Below are positions 44,739-55,850 of a DNA stretch of 55,850 nt, piece by piece. Source of the DNA: Anaeramoeba ignava BMAN (taxonomy: Eukaryota > Protista > Anaeramoebae); assembly GCA_028826165.1 (NCBI GenBank), contig JAPDFW010000042.1, forward strand, positions 1-55,850, in the 5' to 3' direction. The notes under the pieces were generated by a model. It was not told the origin of the DNA. It saw only the letters and a list, made by a program, of their open reading frames with translations, and made no database searches. Each line of letters starts with the position of its first letter. Position 1 is the first letter of the stretch. The position numbers and the translations under genes are program-made.

Positions 44739-46541
44739 TTAATTTTGATTATTAAATTTGTTAATTAATAAATCAAATAAATTTGGATTTGTTTGATTTA
44801 ATTGAAAATAACCAATTCCTCTTTGAAGTTCATTAATTATTTGTTGTGTAATTTGAATTCCTTTTTTAATTTGATTTGAATAAATCCAATATTCAAATAT
44901 TTGAAATGATTTATTACTTAATTCACTATAATCTGTAACTTTATTAGATTTATCTTCAGTTACAGATAAAAACATTCCTCGATATAATTCACTTCTCATT
45001 ATTAATATTAATTTTGGAAATTTATATTGTTTTTCTTTTCTTTCAATTATAAAATCTTTTTCATTTTCATTTTCATTTAAATAAATTCTTTTCATTGTTT
45101 CTTCTATTTTTTCATTTGAATTTATAATTTCTTTAATTTCAGAATATAATTTTGGATTTATTTTGGAATTGTTTGAATAAATCATTTCAAATATTTGATT
45201 TGATTCTTTAATTGATTTTTGTGAAATAATTTCTTGAAGTTTTTCAATTTCATTTTGATTTAATCTATATTTTAATATTAATTTATGAGCTTCAATTATT
45301 TCTCCATTTTCTGTTTTAAATGAAATATTGCAAAATTCTTTTCTTCTAAATAGTTTTATCAAATCTTCTTCAAGATTAGAAAAAGGAGGAGAATAATAAA
45401 GGAATGATTTGTAATATCCACAAAGAACATGATAATTGGAAATATCTTCATTAAATCTTAATTTAGGAAGTTCAATTTGAATTGGAATTGATTGATCATT
45501 TGTATCTTTAGTTCCTAATTGACGATACCAATTATCTCCAAATACTATTAATTTTGAATTGGATGTTAAAACCAAAGTATGATTATATCCAACAGAAAAA
45601 TCAAGAATATCATCATTTTCAAATAAAGATGATTTGATTTCAGTAAATTCACAAATACCATGGTAAAGTCCATTATATCGGTAATTCCCACATGAATAAA
45701 GTTTTCTTTTTGGATTTTGATTTTGATTTTGATTTTGATTTTGATTTTGATTTTGATTTTGATTTTGATTTTCATTTTCAATCAACATTATTGAATGAGT
45801 ATCTCCACATTGAATATCAATTATTTTACCTTTTGGAATATTTTGGATTTGTGTTAATTTTTTGTTATTTTGTTCATTTCCTGAATATCCTAATCCAAGT
45901 TGACTAAAATCATTATATCCGCATCCAAATAATTCTTGATTTGAATTTAAAAGAAAAACATATTTTGAATTAATTCCTGAAAATATTTTAGAAACATTTT
46001 TCATCATTAAAATTGGTTTTTGTGTTTCATCAAGTGCTTTAGAATCAAAACCAAGTTGAGCATATTGATTCGAACCAATTCCATAAGCATTTTGATTTGA
46101 AGTTAATAAGTAAATTGAACTGTATCCAGAAACAATATCTTCAATTATTCTATCATTTGTATCTTCAATTAATGATGAAATATTGATAAATTCATTTGGA
46201 TTATTTGGATTAATATATTCTCCTTTGGCAAATACATTTCCTTCTATTGTTAAAATAGCTTCATTTCGAAAACCAACAGTTACTTTTTGAATATTTTCTT
46301 CAATTTGGATTTTTGAAGGATTTTTATTTAAATCATTTTGTTTTAAATATTCTATTGCTTTTCCATTTTTAAAAAGGAAAATTATTGAAAAAAAACTTGT
46401 TGAAATTTGTTTAATTTGTTTTCCATTTTCATTTTCATTTTCATTTTCAAATTTAAATTGAATTGGTTTTGTTATTTGATATTGTTCATTTTTAATAAGT
46501 TTTGGATATTGATTTAAACCAAAAAATATAATTTCATTCAT
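44739..46541 (-). CDS. RCC1 + BTB-BTB protein, copy 10
   Basis: Intact 600-aa ORF; ends NNQN*; long in-frame QN repeat. Confidence 0.92.
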   Translation of the reverse strand: MNEIIFFGLNQYPKLIKNEQYQITKPIQFKFENENENENGKQIKQISTSFFSIIFLFKNGKAIEYLKQNDLNKNPSKIQIEENIQKVTVGFRNEAILTIEGNVFAKGEYINPNNPNEFINISSLIEDTNDRIIEDIVSGYSSIYLLTSNQNAYGIGSNQYAQLGFDSKALDETQKPILMMKNVSKIFSGINSKYVFLLNSNQELFGCGYNDFSQLGLGYSGNEQNNKKLTQIQNIPKGKIIDIQCGDTHSIMLIENENQNQNQNQNQNQNQNQNQNPKRKLYSCGNYRYNGLYHGICEFTEIKSSLFENDDILDFSVGYNHTLVLTSNSKLIVFGDNWYRQLGTKDTNDQSIPIQIELPKLRFNEDISNYHVLCGYYKSFLYYSPPFSNLEEDLIKLFRRKEFCNISFKTENGEIIEAHKLILKYRLNQNEIEKLQEIISQKSIKESNQIFEMIYSNNSKINPKLYSEIKEIINSNEKIEETMKRIYLNENENEKDFIIERKEKQYKFPKLILIMRSELYRGMFLSVTEDKSNKVTDYSELSNKSFQIFEYWIYSNQIKKGIQITQQIINELQRGIGYFQLNQTNPNLFDLLINKFNNQN

Positions 46542-46635
46542 TTTTTGAAAAGAAAAAAATGAAAAAAATGATTTTGGATTTTTGATTTTAATTTTAATTT
46601 TAATTTTAATTTTAATTTTATTAATTATTTCTTAT

Positions 46636-48448
46636 TTAAAAAATTAAACATTTTTCTTTCTTTCTTTTTTTTTGATTTTGATTTTGATTTTGATTTTGAT
46701 TATTAAATTCCCCAGTTAATAAATCTAATAAATTTGGATTTGTTTGATTTAATTGAAAATAACCAATTCCTCTTTGAATTTCATTAATTATTTGTTGTGT
46801 AATTTGAATTCCTTCTTTAATTTGATTTGAATAAATCCAATATTCAAATATTTGAAATGATTTATTACTTAATTCACTATAATCTGTAACTTTATTAGAT
46901 TTATCTTCTGTTACAGATAAAAACATTCCTCGATATAATTCACTTCTCATTATTAACATTAATTTAGGAAATTTATATTGTTTTTCTTTTCTTTCAATTA
47001 TAAAATCTTTTTCATTTTCATTTTCATTTTCATTTAAATAAATTCTTTTCATTGTTTCTTCTATTTTTTCATTTGAATTTATAATTTCTTTAATTTCAGA
47101 ATATAATTTTGAATTTATTTTAAAATTATTTGAATAAATCATTTCAAATATTTGATTTGATTCTTTAATTGATTTTTGTGAAATAATTTCTTGAAGTTTT
47201 TCAATTTCATTTTCATTTTGATTTAATCTATATTTTAATATTAATTTATGAGCTTTGATTATTTCTCCATTTTCTGTTTTAAATGAAATATCACAAAATT
47301 CTTTTCTTTTAAATAGTTTTATCAAATCTTCTTCAAGATTAGAAAAAGAAGGAGGAGAATAATAAAGAAATGAATTATTATATCCACAATAAATATGATA
47401 ATTAGAAATATCTTCATTAAATCTTAATTTAGGAAGTTCAATTTGAATTGGAATATATTTGATGTCTGTATCTCCAGTTCCTAATTGACCAAAATAATTC
47501 TCTCCAAATCCAATTAATTTTGAATTGGAAGTTAAAATCAAAGTATGGTTAGTTCCAACAGAAATTTCAACAATATCATCATCATTTTCAAATAAAGATG
47601 ATTTGATTTCAGTAAATTCATAAGTGTATCCATCTTTGCCAAGTCCATTATATAAAGAAAATCCACATGAATAAAGTTTCCTTTTTGGATTTTGATTTTC
47701 ATCTTGATTTTCAATCAACATTATTGAATGAACAAATCCACATTGAATATCAATTATTTTACCTTTTGGAATATTTTGTATTTTGGTTAATTTTGGGATT
47801 TTTTGTTCATTTCCTGAATATCCTAATCCAAGTTGACAATATCTATTATCACCGCATCCAAATAATTCTTGATTTGAATTTAAAAGAAAAACATGAGAAG
47901 AAGTAATTCCTGAAAATATTTTAGAAACATTTTTCATCATTAAAATTGGTTTTTCTGTTTCTTTAAGTGTTTTAGAATCAAAACCAAGTTGACTTAATTG
48001 ATTTGAACCAATTCCATAAGCATTTTGATTTGAAGTTAATAAGTAAATTGAACTGTCTCCAGAAACAATATCTTCGAATTATTCTATCATTTTTATCTTC
48101 AATTAATGATGAAATATTGATAAATTCATTTGGATTATTTGGATTAATATCTTTTCCTTTGGCAAATACATTTCTTTCTATTGTTAAAAAATGATTACGA
48201 TCAAGAATTTTTTGAATATTTTCAATTTGAAATTTTTGAGGTTTTTTATTTAAATATTCTATTGCTTTTCCATTTTTAAAAAGGAAAATTATTGAATAAC
48301 CTCCTGATGAAATTTGTTTAATTTGTTTTTCATTTTCATTTTCATTTTCATTTTCAAATTTAAATTGAATTGGTTTTGTTATTTTATTTGGTTTATTTTT
48401 AATAAGTTTTGGTTCTTGATTTGAACCAAAAAATATAATTTCATTCAT
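46636..48448 (-). CDS. RCC1 + BTB-BTB protein, copy 11, with CaaX; frameshift near 48075
   Basis: MNEIIFFG start at 48448; 1-nt insertion in 'ataattcgaagat'; ends KKRKKEKCLIF*. Confidence 0.85.
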
Positions 48449-48667
48449 TTTTTGAAAAGTAAAAAAAATGAAAAATGAAAAAAAAGAAGAATTGAAATGG
48501 GAAAAGAAAATTCCGTTCATTTTAAAATTGAAATTGAATTTGAAAATTCATAATGATTTTGATTTTTGATTTTGATTTTGATTTTGATTTTGATTTTGAT
48601 TTTGATTTTGATTTTGATTTTGATTTTAATTTTAATTTTGAATTTGATTTTGATTTTAATTTTAATT

Positions 48668-51600
48668 TTAAAGTTGTTTCCTTTTATTGAAAATATATCG
48701 ATATGCTTCTCCTGTATATTTAATAGTTATTTCTTGCGGAAAATAATCTTTAATAATTCCACTTTCTCCTTCATATTGAAGTAATATTGAAATATTATGA
48801 AGATATCCTTTTAAATTGCTTTTGTTTTTGATTTTTCTATTCTTCCTTTTGCGATGTCTTTCAATTTCTTTGTTTTCAGTTTTTTCCTTAGAAAGATATT
48901 CTGTAATGTATTTCTCAAAAATAATAATCAATTTATCCAAATCAATTTTCTGACAAAATAAATCTAAATTCTTTTCATATTCGGGTGGAATTTTTGATAA
49001 ATAACTCTTATCAATTTTATTAAGAATATTTTCTGAATACATATCAATATTATTGCTAATAAATCTTAAATGTTTAAGTTTTAATGAATGAACTAATGAA
49101 ACATTTTCCAGACCAAGAATATCAATATCAAATTGATTTGCAAATACAAAAAGTGTTTGTTCTGGTAACAATGAATCAACTGTTTGAATGTTTGAACATA
49201 AATGGATAATATTTTCATAAAATAATTTGAAGTTTCTAATTGAGAATTTTTCAATAAGTTCATCAAGAATTTGATTCCATGTTTCTTGTGGAATATCCAT
49301 TTGATTCCATCTTGAATCATTCAAAAATGAAATATCTAATAAAATCAAATCTGTAAATTGGAAATTACTCACAATAATTGAAATGCTATCTTTCTTGAAA
49401 AATGTAACCAATTTTTGTTTCAAAATCATTTCAAATTTCTCAAAATCATTTTCTGGATAATAGAATTGCATATATTCATTAATTTCCTTGAAATCAAAAT
49501 TAAACGTTTCATCAATAGTTCTGTTATTAATATCAGATTTATGGATTTTTATTGGAAATTTAATCATTTTCTCTTTTGGCTTTTTAATATCTTTTTGATT
49601 CAAAAATGTTTCATTGAAAATTTCTTTTAATTTCTGATATTCGTTGCAAATATAATTAACTAAATTATCAATATTTGGAGAATTCTTAGGATATGAAAGA
49701 ACTTTGATAATTGGTGAATCTTCTGAAATTAATTGGATTTTTTGTGATACTTCTTCTTCAATCTGACTTATTTGGGATTCTTTCTTTGTTTCAATAAAGT
49801 TTTTATTCAGCTGAGTAATTTCATCATTATTCATTTCACACAAACAAAGTTTCCAACATTCTTTAAATTCTTTTATCCAATTATCAATGTTTTCTTTCAT
49901 TTCTTGTTTTTCTTCATTAATAATTTTAATGAAATCAGTAATTTTGATTTGATTTGATTCTTGGAAACTGATTTTACTATTGTATTGGGAATTTATCAAA
50001 CTAATAAATTTGAGAAAAGATGGTAATAAATCAATCATTTTGAATTTAATGAAATTATCCAAAAAGAATTGAGTAATTGGATATTTTTGGATGTTTTTAA
50101 TGTTTGAAGGTTTCAAAAATTGAGATAATAATAAATTAGATGATGGAGATATAAATAATAAATCTTTGAATTTAAATGATTCTCCAATTTTTCAATATTA
50201 ATTTGTCTAAGAATTTCTTCATGAGAATTAATATAAATATTTTGTAATAAATCTTCCCATTTCTGGAATTTATTCATTATAGTTCCATTATCAAGTTCAT
50301 TTGTCTTTAAAGTGGAAATTTTTGATAAGAAAAGAATGTAATAGAGTTTCGTATTTGATAATGTTAAATTAAGAAGGTTTGATAAATGTTTCATTTCATT
50401 ATAAATTAAAATGGAAATATCTTCAATAATGTCTTTGCTTGAATCGTAATTTTTTTCAATAATAACCAATGCTTTCAATGAAAAATGAATAATTCTTGCA
50501 ATTTTTGTTGGTATAATAAATTTAGTATCTCTTAAACTGAACATTTGATTTGGTTCTTCATAATCAGAAATTCCAAAAATATTCTCATATAATTTTTCAT
50601 TAGTTAAAAATCCAACATTTATTTCATTGAAAAGTGGAGAAGCAACATGTTTTGTTTTCAAATATTTTTCTGCTGTTTCAACAACTACAACAAATATTTT
50701 TTGGAAATTTTCTTTTATTATATCAACTTTGCCAAGAATATAGCTAATAGTTTCTTTTATTTGATTTTGTTTCTCATTAAGCCTTTTATTTTCGGTAAAT
50801 AAGGAATATATTCTTATAATAGCGAGTTGCTTTTCGTTTTCTTGAATTTCTCCTTTCAAATATTCCAAACAAAATCCATATAAAAATCCTCTTTCATCAA
50901 GAATTTCATTTTGTCTAAAAACTTGTAAAAATTTCTCTTCAAATTCTTCTTTTTAAATGAAGAAATTCTTTTTGATGCAAAAATATCATATTCTTGGAAA
51001 AATTGTTCAAAAACAATTTCTGAAACACCTTTAACTTTGTTCTTTTGATAATCTTCTGGATTTTGAATAATATGATGAATATATTGAATTGAATTGTTAT
51101 ATTCTTGGAAAATATCATTTGTTTGATCAATTTCAGGATATAATTTTGATTGTAAAAATAAGGAATGTGAATAAAAATCATTTTTTGTGTATTGGAAAAG
51201 AGTTTGTAAAAATGTAAAAGCTATCCATTCAATATTTTTTGATGAAAATTTTAAATATTGTTTCAAATTATTGAAAATTGTTTTTCTAAAATCTAAATTG
51301 GATTTTGTAAATATCAATAAGTAATTAAAGAAAATTGTAAATAAATTTTGGAATTTAAATGAATTATTCCCTTTTCCAAAAAAATTAAGTAATCTTTGAT
51401 TTGGTTTGTTAGAATTTAAATTTTCGTTGATATTATTGAAAAAATTAATAATTTGTTTGTCACTTTTTTGGAAAATTGAAAATTTAATCAAAATTTGGAA
51501 ATAAATTTCAAAAAAATTGATTAATTCTTGATCAGAAATATCTTTTGTTTTGTTTTCATCCAAAAAGAAATTTAAGAACTCTTTTTTTGAAATTTCATTT

Positions 51601-54600
51601 TGAATACTTTTGAATTCTTGAGTTTGGGATATTTTTGATAAATTTTTGGTTTTAGTTTGAAATAAAAAGTAAATATTAAACCATTTCTTAAATAATTCTG
51701 GAATATATTGCTTAAAGTTTGTGTAATTTGTTAATTGATTCAAAAAATCATAAATTTTATCAATACAAGTTCCAATAGGTATTAATTCATTTGGAGAATT
51801 ATTCTTATAAAGTGAATTTTTAATAATTTCAAGTTGAGAATCAAAAAATCTATTCAATGAAAATTCTCCAAATTGATTTCTTTTTTGGTTTTGTTTTTGA
51901 TTTTGATTAAATTCATTAACTAATTTGTAAATTGAATAAATTTGTTGAAATATTTCCCAATCAATTTTTTGATAAATTTCTCTTAATGAAAACTTGGTTA
52001 ATGAATTGATTTGTGATTCTTCAAAATGTAAAATAAATTTTTGGAAATCTTGAATATAGTCTTTGAAAAATTCTTTTTCAGATTCATTAAATGAAATTCC
52101 AATCAAATCATTCAAGAAATTTATCAGATATTTTTCAGAAATATTTTTGCGTTTAGAAATTTTTTTTGACCAATTTTCAATTGGTTCATCAACAATATCT
52201 TTCAAAATATCTTTTTTTTCTTGATGATAATCTTCTGTTATAACTTCATAAAAATAATGGAAAAATGGGAATTCGGACTTATTAAATTGATATTTCTGAA
52301 TTTTATGATAAGGTTGAATTTGGATTGATTCAAAAATTTGTTTCCAAAAATTTTCTTCTTCTTTGCTTGTTGTTAAAATTAATTTGAAATTATCATTAAC
52401 CATAATATAACTCAATAAAATTGCAAAAATTGTTTCCAACTTCTTAATTAATTGAGAATAAAGATAAGAATTAAAAGATTCATAACTTTGTTGCATTCTT
52501 AATTTTTGTGTTATTAATTCTTGAATACCCCATTGATAAAAACTTATATTTTCTTTTTTTCCTTTTTCAAACATAAATTTAAGTTTTGGGAAAATTAAAT
52601 CTTTCAAAGTTTTCATTTTTTCTAAGAATGGTTTTGTGTCTTTGATTTTTTCAGGATTAATAAATTGAACAATAGAAGAATTAAAAATTGGTTCAAATAA
52701 TTTTTCCCATTCTTTATCCAAAATATTTTCAAGAAAATTTAAATCTGAATCTTTTGATTCTGAAATGATTGTAAATTTGATTTCAGATGGTAAAATATCA
52801 TCAATATAAAAATATTCCCAATTTTTTTCAAATGCAAAATGGAATTGAGTTTTGGATTGTTGAGTTGATGGAAGATGAACAATGAAAATTATCTTGCACT
52901 TAATTTCTTCATCTTTTTTATCTTTTTTATCCTTTTTTTGTTCTTTTCCTTTTTTAATTAAATTTTCAATCATATATTTTGATTGATGGAATATTGTTTC
53001 AGGAGAAATTGATGTTGGAGTGAAACGAATTATCAAAGCAAAATTTTCATCTTTATAAGGATTCGTCTTCTTTTTTGGTTCTATTCCAAGTTTTTTTTTA
53101 ACTTCTTTTTCAAATTGTGTATCATTTTCAATTTTAGAAAGTTCAATTTCTTTAAATTTAAAATTTTGAATTTGTTCAGATTTGATTGTTTGAGAAATTG
53201 ATGAAGAAGTAAGAACAACTGAATATTGAATTTGTTTTGGGATTAATGTTTTTTGGATTAAATCATTCAAGTTATCGTGATATAAACTTAAATATCTTTG
53301 CCAAATATATTTCAAATATAAAATTTCTTTGGTATTTTTGTTTGTATCTTTTTTGATTGTTTTTAAATAAATTGAAAGAATTGATTCGTAATTGCAAATT
53401 CTCATCCACATATTTACTCCTTCAACTCTTAAATAATCTTCTTTTTCTTTTGGTTCTTTTCCAAAAAGTGTTTGTTGAAGTTTTGTTGCTAAAGAAGGTA
53501 ATAAATCAGGGTGATATGAAACTAATAATTTCTCTTCTGTAATATCTGCAAATTTACAAATGTTTTGGATAATTTCTTTTTGTTTCTGATAAAATCGAAT
53601 AAATTCATTTCTGGTTATAAATTCTTCTGATGTAAGTAAATATTTTTCAAATCTATTCAAAATTGCTGGTGATTCAATATTATAAGCTCTTGATTTATCA
53701 GAAATTACTATTAATCTAAATTTAGGATCAATTTTGATTTTGGAAACGATATTCCCAAATGAAATTTTGGCATAAATATTATCTCCTTCTTTTGAATAAT
53801 TTTGATTTAATAAATCATATAAAGGTTCATATAATTGTTCATTCTTAAATAAGATTACTATTTCTCCATTACGAATTGAATCTTCAATTGATTGTAAATT
53901 ACGAATAATTCGGATTTGCTTTTTGTTTTCAGCAAAATCTGATCCAAAAAATAATTTGTAACCTGTTTTAGTACTTAATTGTTCAATTTCTTTTAAAATA
54001 AACGATAAATTGCATATTTTATCAGTCAAAATCATCATATTTCGAGAATAATTTGGAGTATCATTTTCATCTGCAAAACCAAATTCTTGAAAAATTCTTC
54101 TGTTTATATTTTGGTAAATTAGTTCTCGTGTTGTAATTTTTCTATCAGTAATTAAAGGAACTTTCCTTGGAAATTTGGGAATTAACTCTTCAATAAAATC
54201 AGGTTTTGAATTGAAATTTCTTAATAAAGCATTTAAAATTAATCTAGGATTATTGTATGAAATTCCATGTTTAATATTGCAATATCCAATCATTTTTAAG
54301 AAATAATAAAAATCTCTCAATCCAAAATAAGGTCTTGATTTACTTTTTGGATCTTTTCTTTGTTCTTTCACAATTTTCTCATAAATTTTAGTAAGATAAC
54401 TTGCAAATATTTCAGGAATCATTGAATTCATTCCAACTGATTTTGTGCATAAAATTTGTTGAGCTGTTGCGCCTAATTGTGTTGTGGATTCTCTTCTAAG
54501 AAGAATTCCTCGATTTGTATTACTTGGATCTAAAACCAATTAGAAATTGCAATAACTGAAACTCCTCCATTTTCTTTAATTATATCTTGAATTTTTGTTA

Positions 54601-55850
54601 TCTTGATTAATTCTTGAAATTTCTTTTCTGATTCTTCAAGTTGAGAATGAAGTGCTTTTTAATGGCAAATCTGGACTTAATTCTGCAAGTGCAACTTCAT
54701 CAAGAATAACAAGTCCTAAATCATTTTCCTTTTGTTTTTGATTTTGCAATTTTAAAAACATCTTCAATTCCTTTAGTTGTTGTTATTGGTGAACATTGAA
54801 GGAAAAGATTCTCTAAGTGTTCTAAGTTCAAGTTTTTGCAAAAGTTATTTATTTCATGAGGAGGTTTCAAAGATTCCATTATAACTTCAACAGAAATTGA
54901 TTTTGATGTTCCTTTTTTTGATTATAATAATAAATTGAATAAAAATTAAATTAATATATTTCTAAAAAAAAGAAGAAAATATGTTATTTTACCTGGTTTT
55001 CCAATAATAAATAATGGAATTTGTGCATAAACACAAACAAAAATCAATAAACAATTCTCTTTTAAATATAAGTTTTTTGCAATCATTTTTTTTGAAAAAT
55101 CATAATCTAATGATTCAATTAATTTTTTTTGTGAATTATAAATTACGTTTTGGCAGTTTCCAAATAAATTATCATTTCTTTCAAAAATTGCTTCAAAATA
55201 TTGATCTTTGCTTGTTGCTTGTCGACTTGCATAACAAATAAATAAAGATAAGTAAATTGCTTTCTGAAAAAGATTTTTTTCTTTTTCTTTTTCTTTTTCT
55301 TTTTCTGATAATAAAAATCTTCCAGCTTTAGATTCAACAAGCCATTGAAATACTCGAAGAATTCTTGAAACATCTCGAAGTGAAATTAAAGCTGCTAAAT
55401 TCCTTTTGAAATCATCATTTGTTTGATTTGAATATCCATCTTGACGGATATAACTATGAGATTTGGAAATATATTCTTTGAATGATGATCTAATTGCTTG
55501 ATATCTTATGAATTTTTTATCATTGTTGTTTAAAATTGAGTAAAAAGTATTATCAACCATTTTGGAAATGTATACTTGTTCTTGTTTTGATTTTAATGAT
55601 TCAAAACTAAGAACACTATTTTCTAATGAATTTGGAATTTTATGAACTCGATAAACAGCATTTCTAATTTCTTCTTGTTCTTTATTCTTTTTATCTCCAT
55701 AATCAAAAAGTAATCCACAAACCTCTTCTTCTTTATTTTGATCTTCATTATTTTGATTTTCATTATTTTGATTTTCATTATTTTGATTTTCAAAGTGGAA
55801 ATTTTGATTTTCTTTCTCTATATGGATGTGGTAACTTACGCAATAATTTA
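48668..55850 (-). CDS. RNF213-like: RNF213/mysterin-like giant AAA+ ATPase (5' part outside window; several frameshifts)
   Basis: Colinear RNF213-type motifs: VYRVHKIP, ISLRDVSR, IAKNLYLKEN..IPLFIIGKPGTSKS (Walker A, split by intron 54992..54912), FQCSP, VILDEVALAE (Walker B), ISNWVLDPSNTNRG, FGLRDFY, FGSDF, LYEPLYDLLNQNY, FRLIVI, ILNRFEK. Confidence 0.88.

Noticed and set aside
48668-54539. Three separate genes (482, 251 and 1227 aa)
   Set aside because: The ORFs overlap by a few bases on one strand, lack ATG starts and the TCATTT upstream element, and are best read as one frameshifted gene.
2273-54860. Frameshifts as pseudogenes or programmed frameshifting
   Set aside because: Nearly all are 1-2 nt indels in homopolymers or microsatellites. 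They also hit essential genes (Vps23, probably WDR75) and cluster at both window ends, which fits long-read consensus error. The 48075 case looks like a blend of caa and gaa paralogue variants. Reads are needed to settle this.
5079-55373. Short alternative-frame or antisense ORFs recurring within paralogues (MKMKMK.., MNKVFF..)
   Set aside because: They are shadows of the conserved main frame and the GAAAAT repeats.
55809-55840. Possible 22-nt mini-intron gtaagt...atag on the minus strand
   Set aside because: Splicing would delete the conserved (N/H)PYR motif, and this terminal region appears error-rich.
48668-55850. Intein in the AAA+ gene
   Set aside because: The motifs are colinear with RNF213 and no Hint or LAGLIDADG insert is visible. 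The only Walker A interruption is an 81-nt GT-AG intron.
1-55850. Non-standard genetic code, tRNA/rRNA genes, transposons
   Set aside because: TAA, TAG and TGA all end recognisable genes. No structured-RNA-like GC islands, transposase, RT or terminal repeats were seen.

Overview
Extremely AT-rich eukaryotic DNA with GT-AG spliceosomal introns and pervasive AAAATT/AAAATC/AAAATG microsatellites. The style resembles an anaerobic protist such as Anaeramoeba; this is an inference, not provable from the window. The window holds two oppositely oriented tandem arrays of intronless RCC1-propeller/BTB-BTB genes (8 copies on +, 3 on -). An intronless BTB-BACK-coil-TLDc gene sits inside the first array. 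Between the arrays lie an FG-GAP-propeller/FN3 membrane protein, an S28 peptidase-EGF-TM gene, Vps23/TSG101, CAF1, a G-alpha and WDR75/UTP17. The 3' two-thirds of an RNF213-like AAA+ gene closes the window. The most striking system is the RCC1-BTB family. It has near-invariant framework and BTB modules, short Tyr/Asn/Ser/Gly-rich hypervariable loops, mosaic segment sharing between copies, and a polybasic+CaaX (KEKCLIF*) tail that is present, out of frame or absent depending on the copy. I infer a diversified, partly membrane-anchored Cullin-3 adaptor repertoire, located beside an RNF213 homologue. Most frameshifts lie in homopolymers or microsatellites and are probably assembly errors. All analysis was done by eye.
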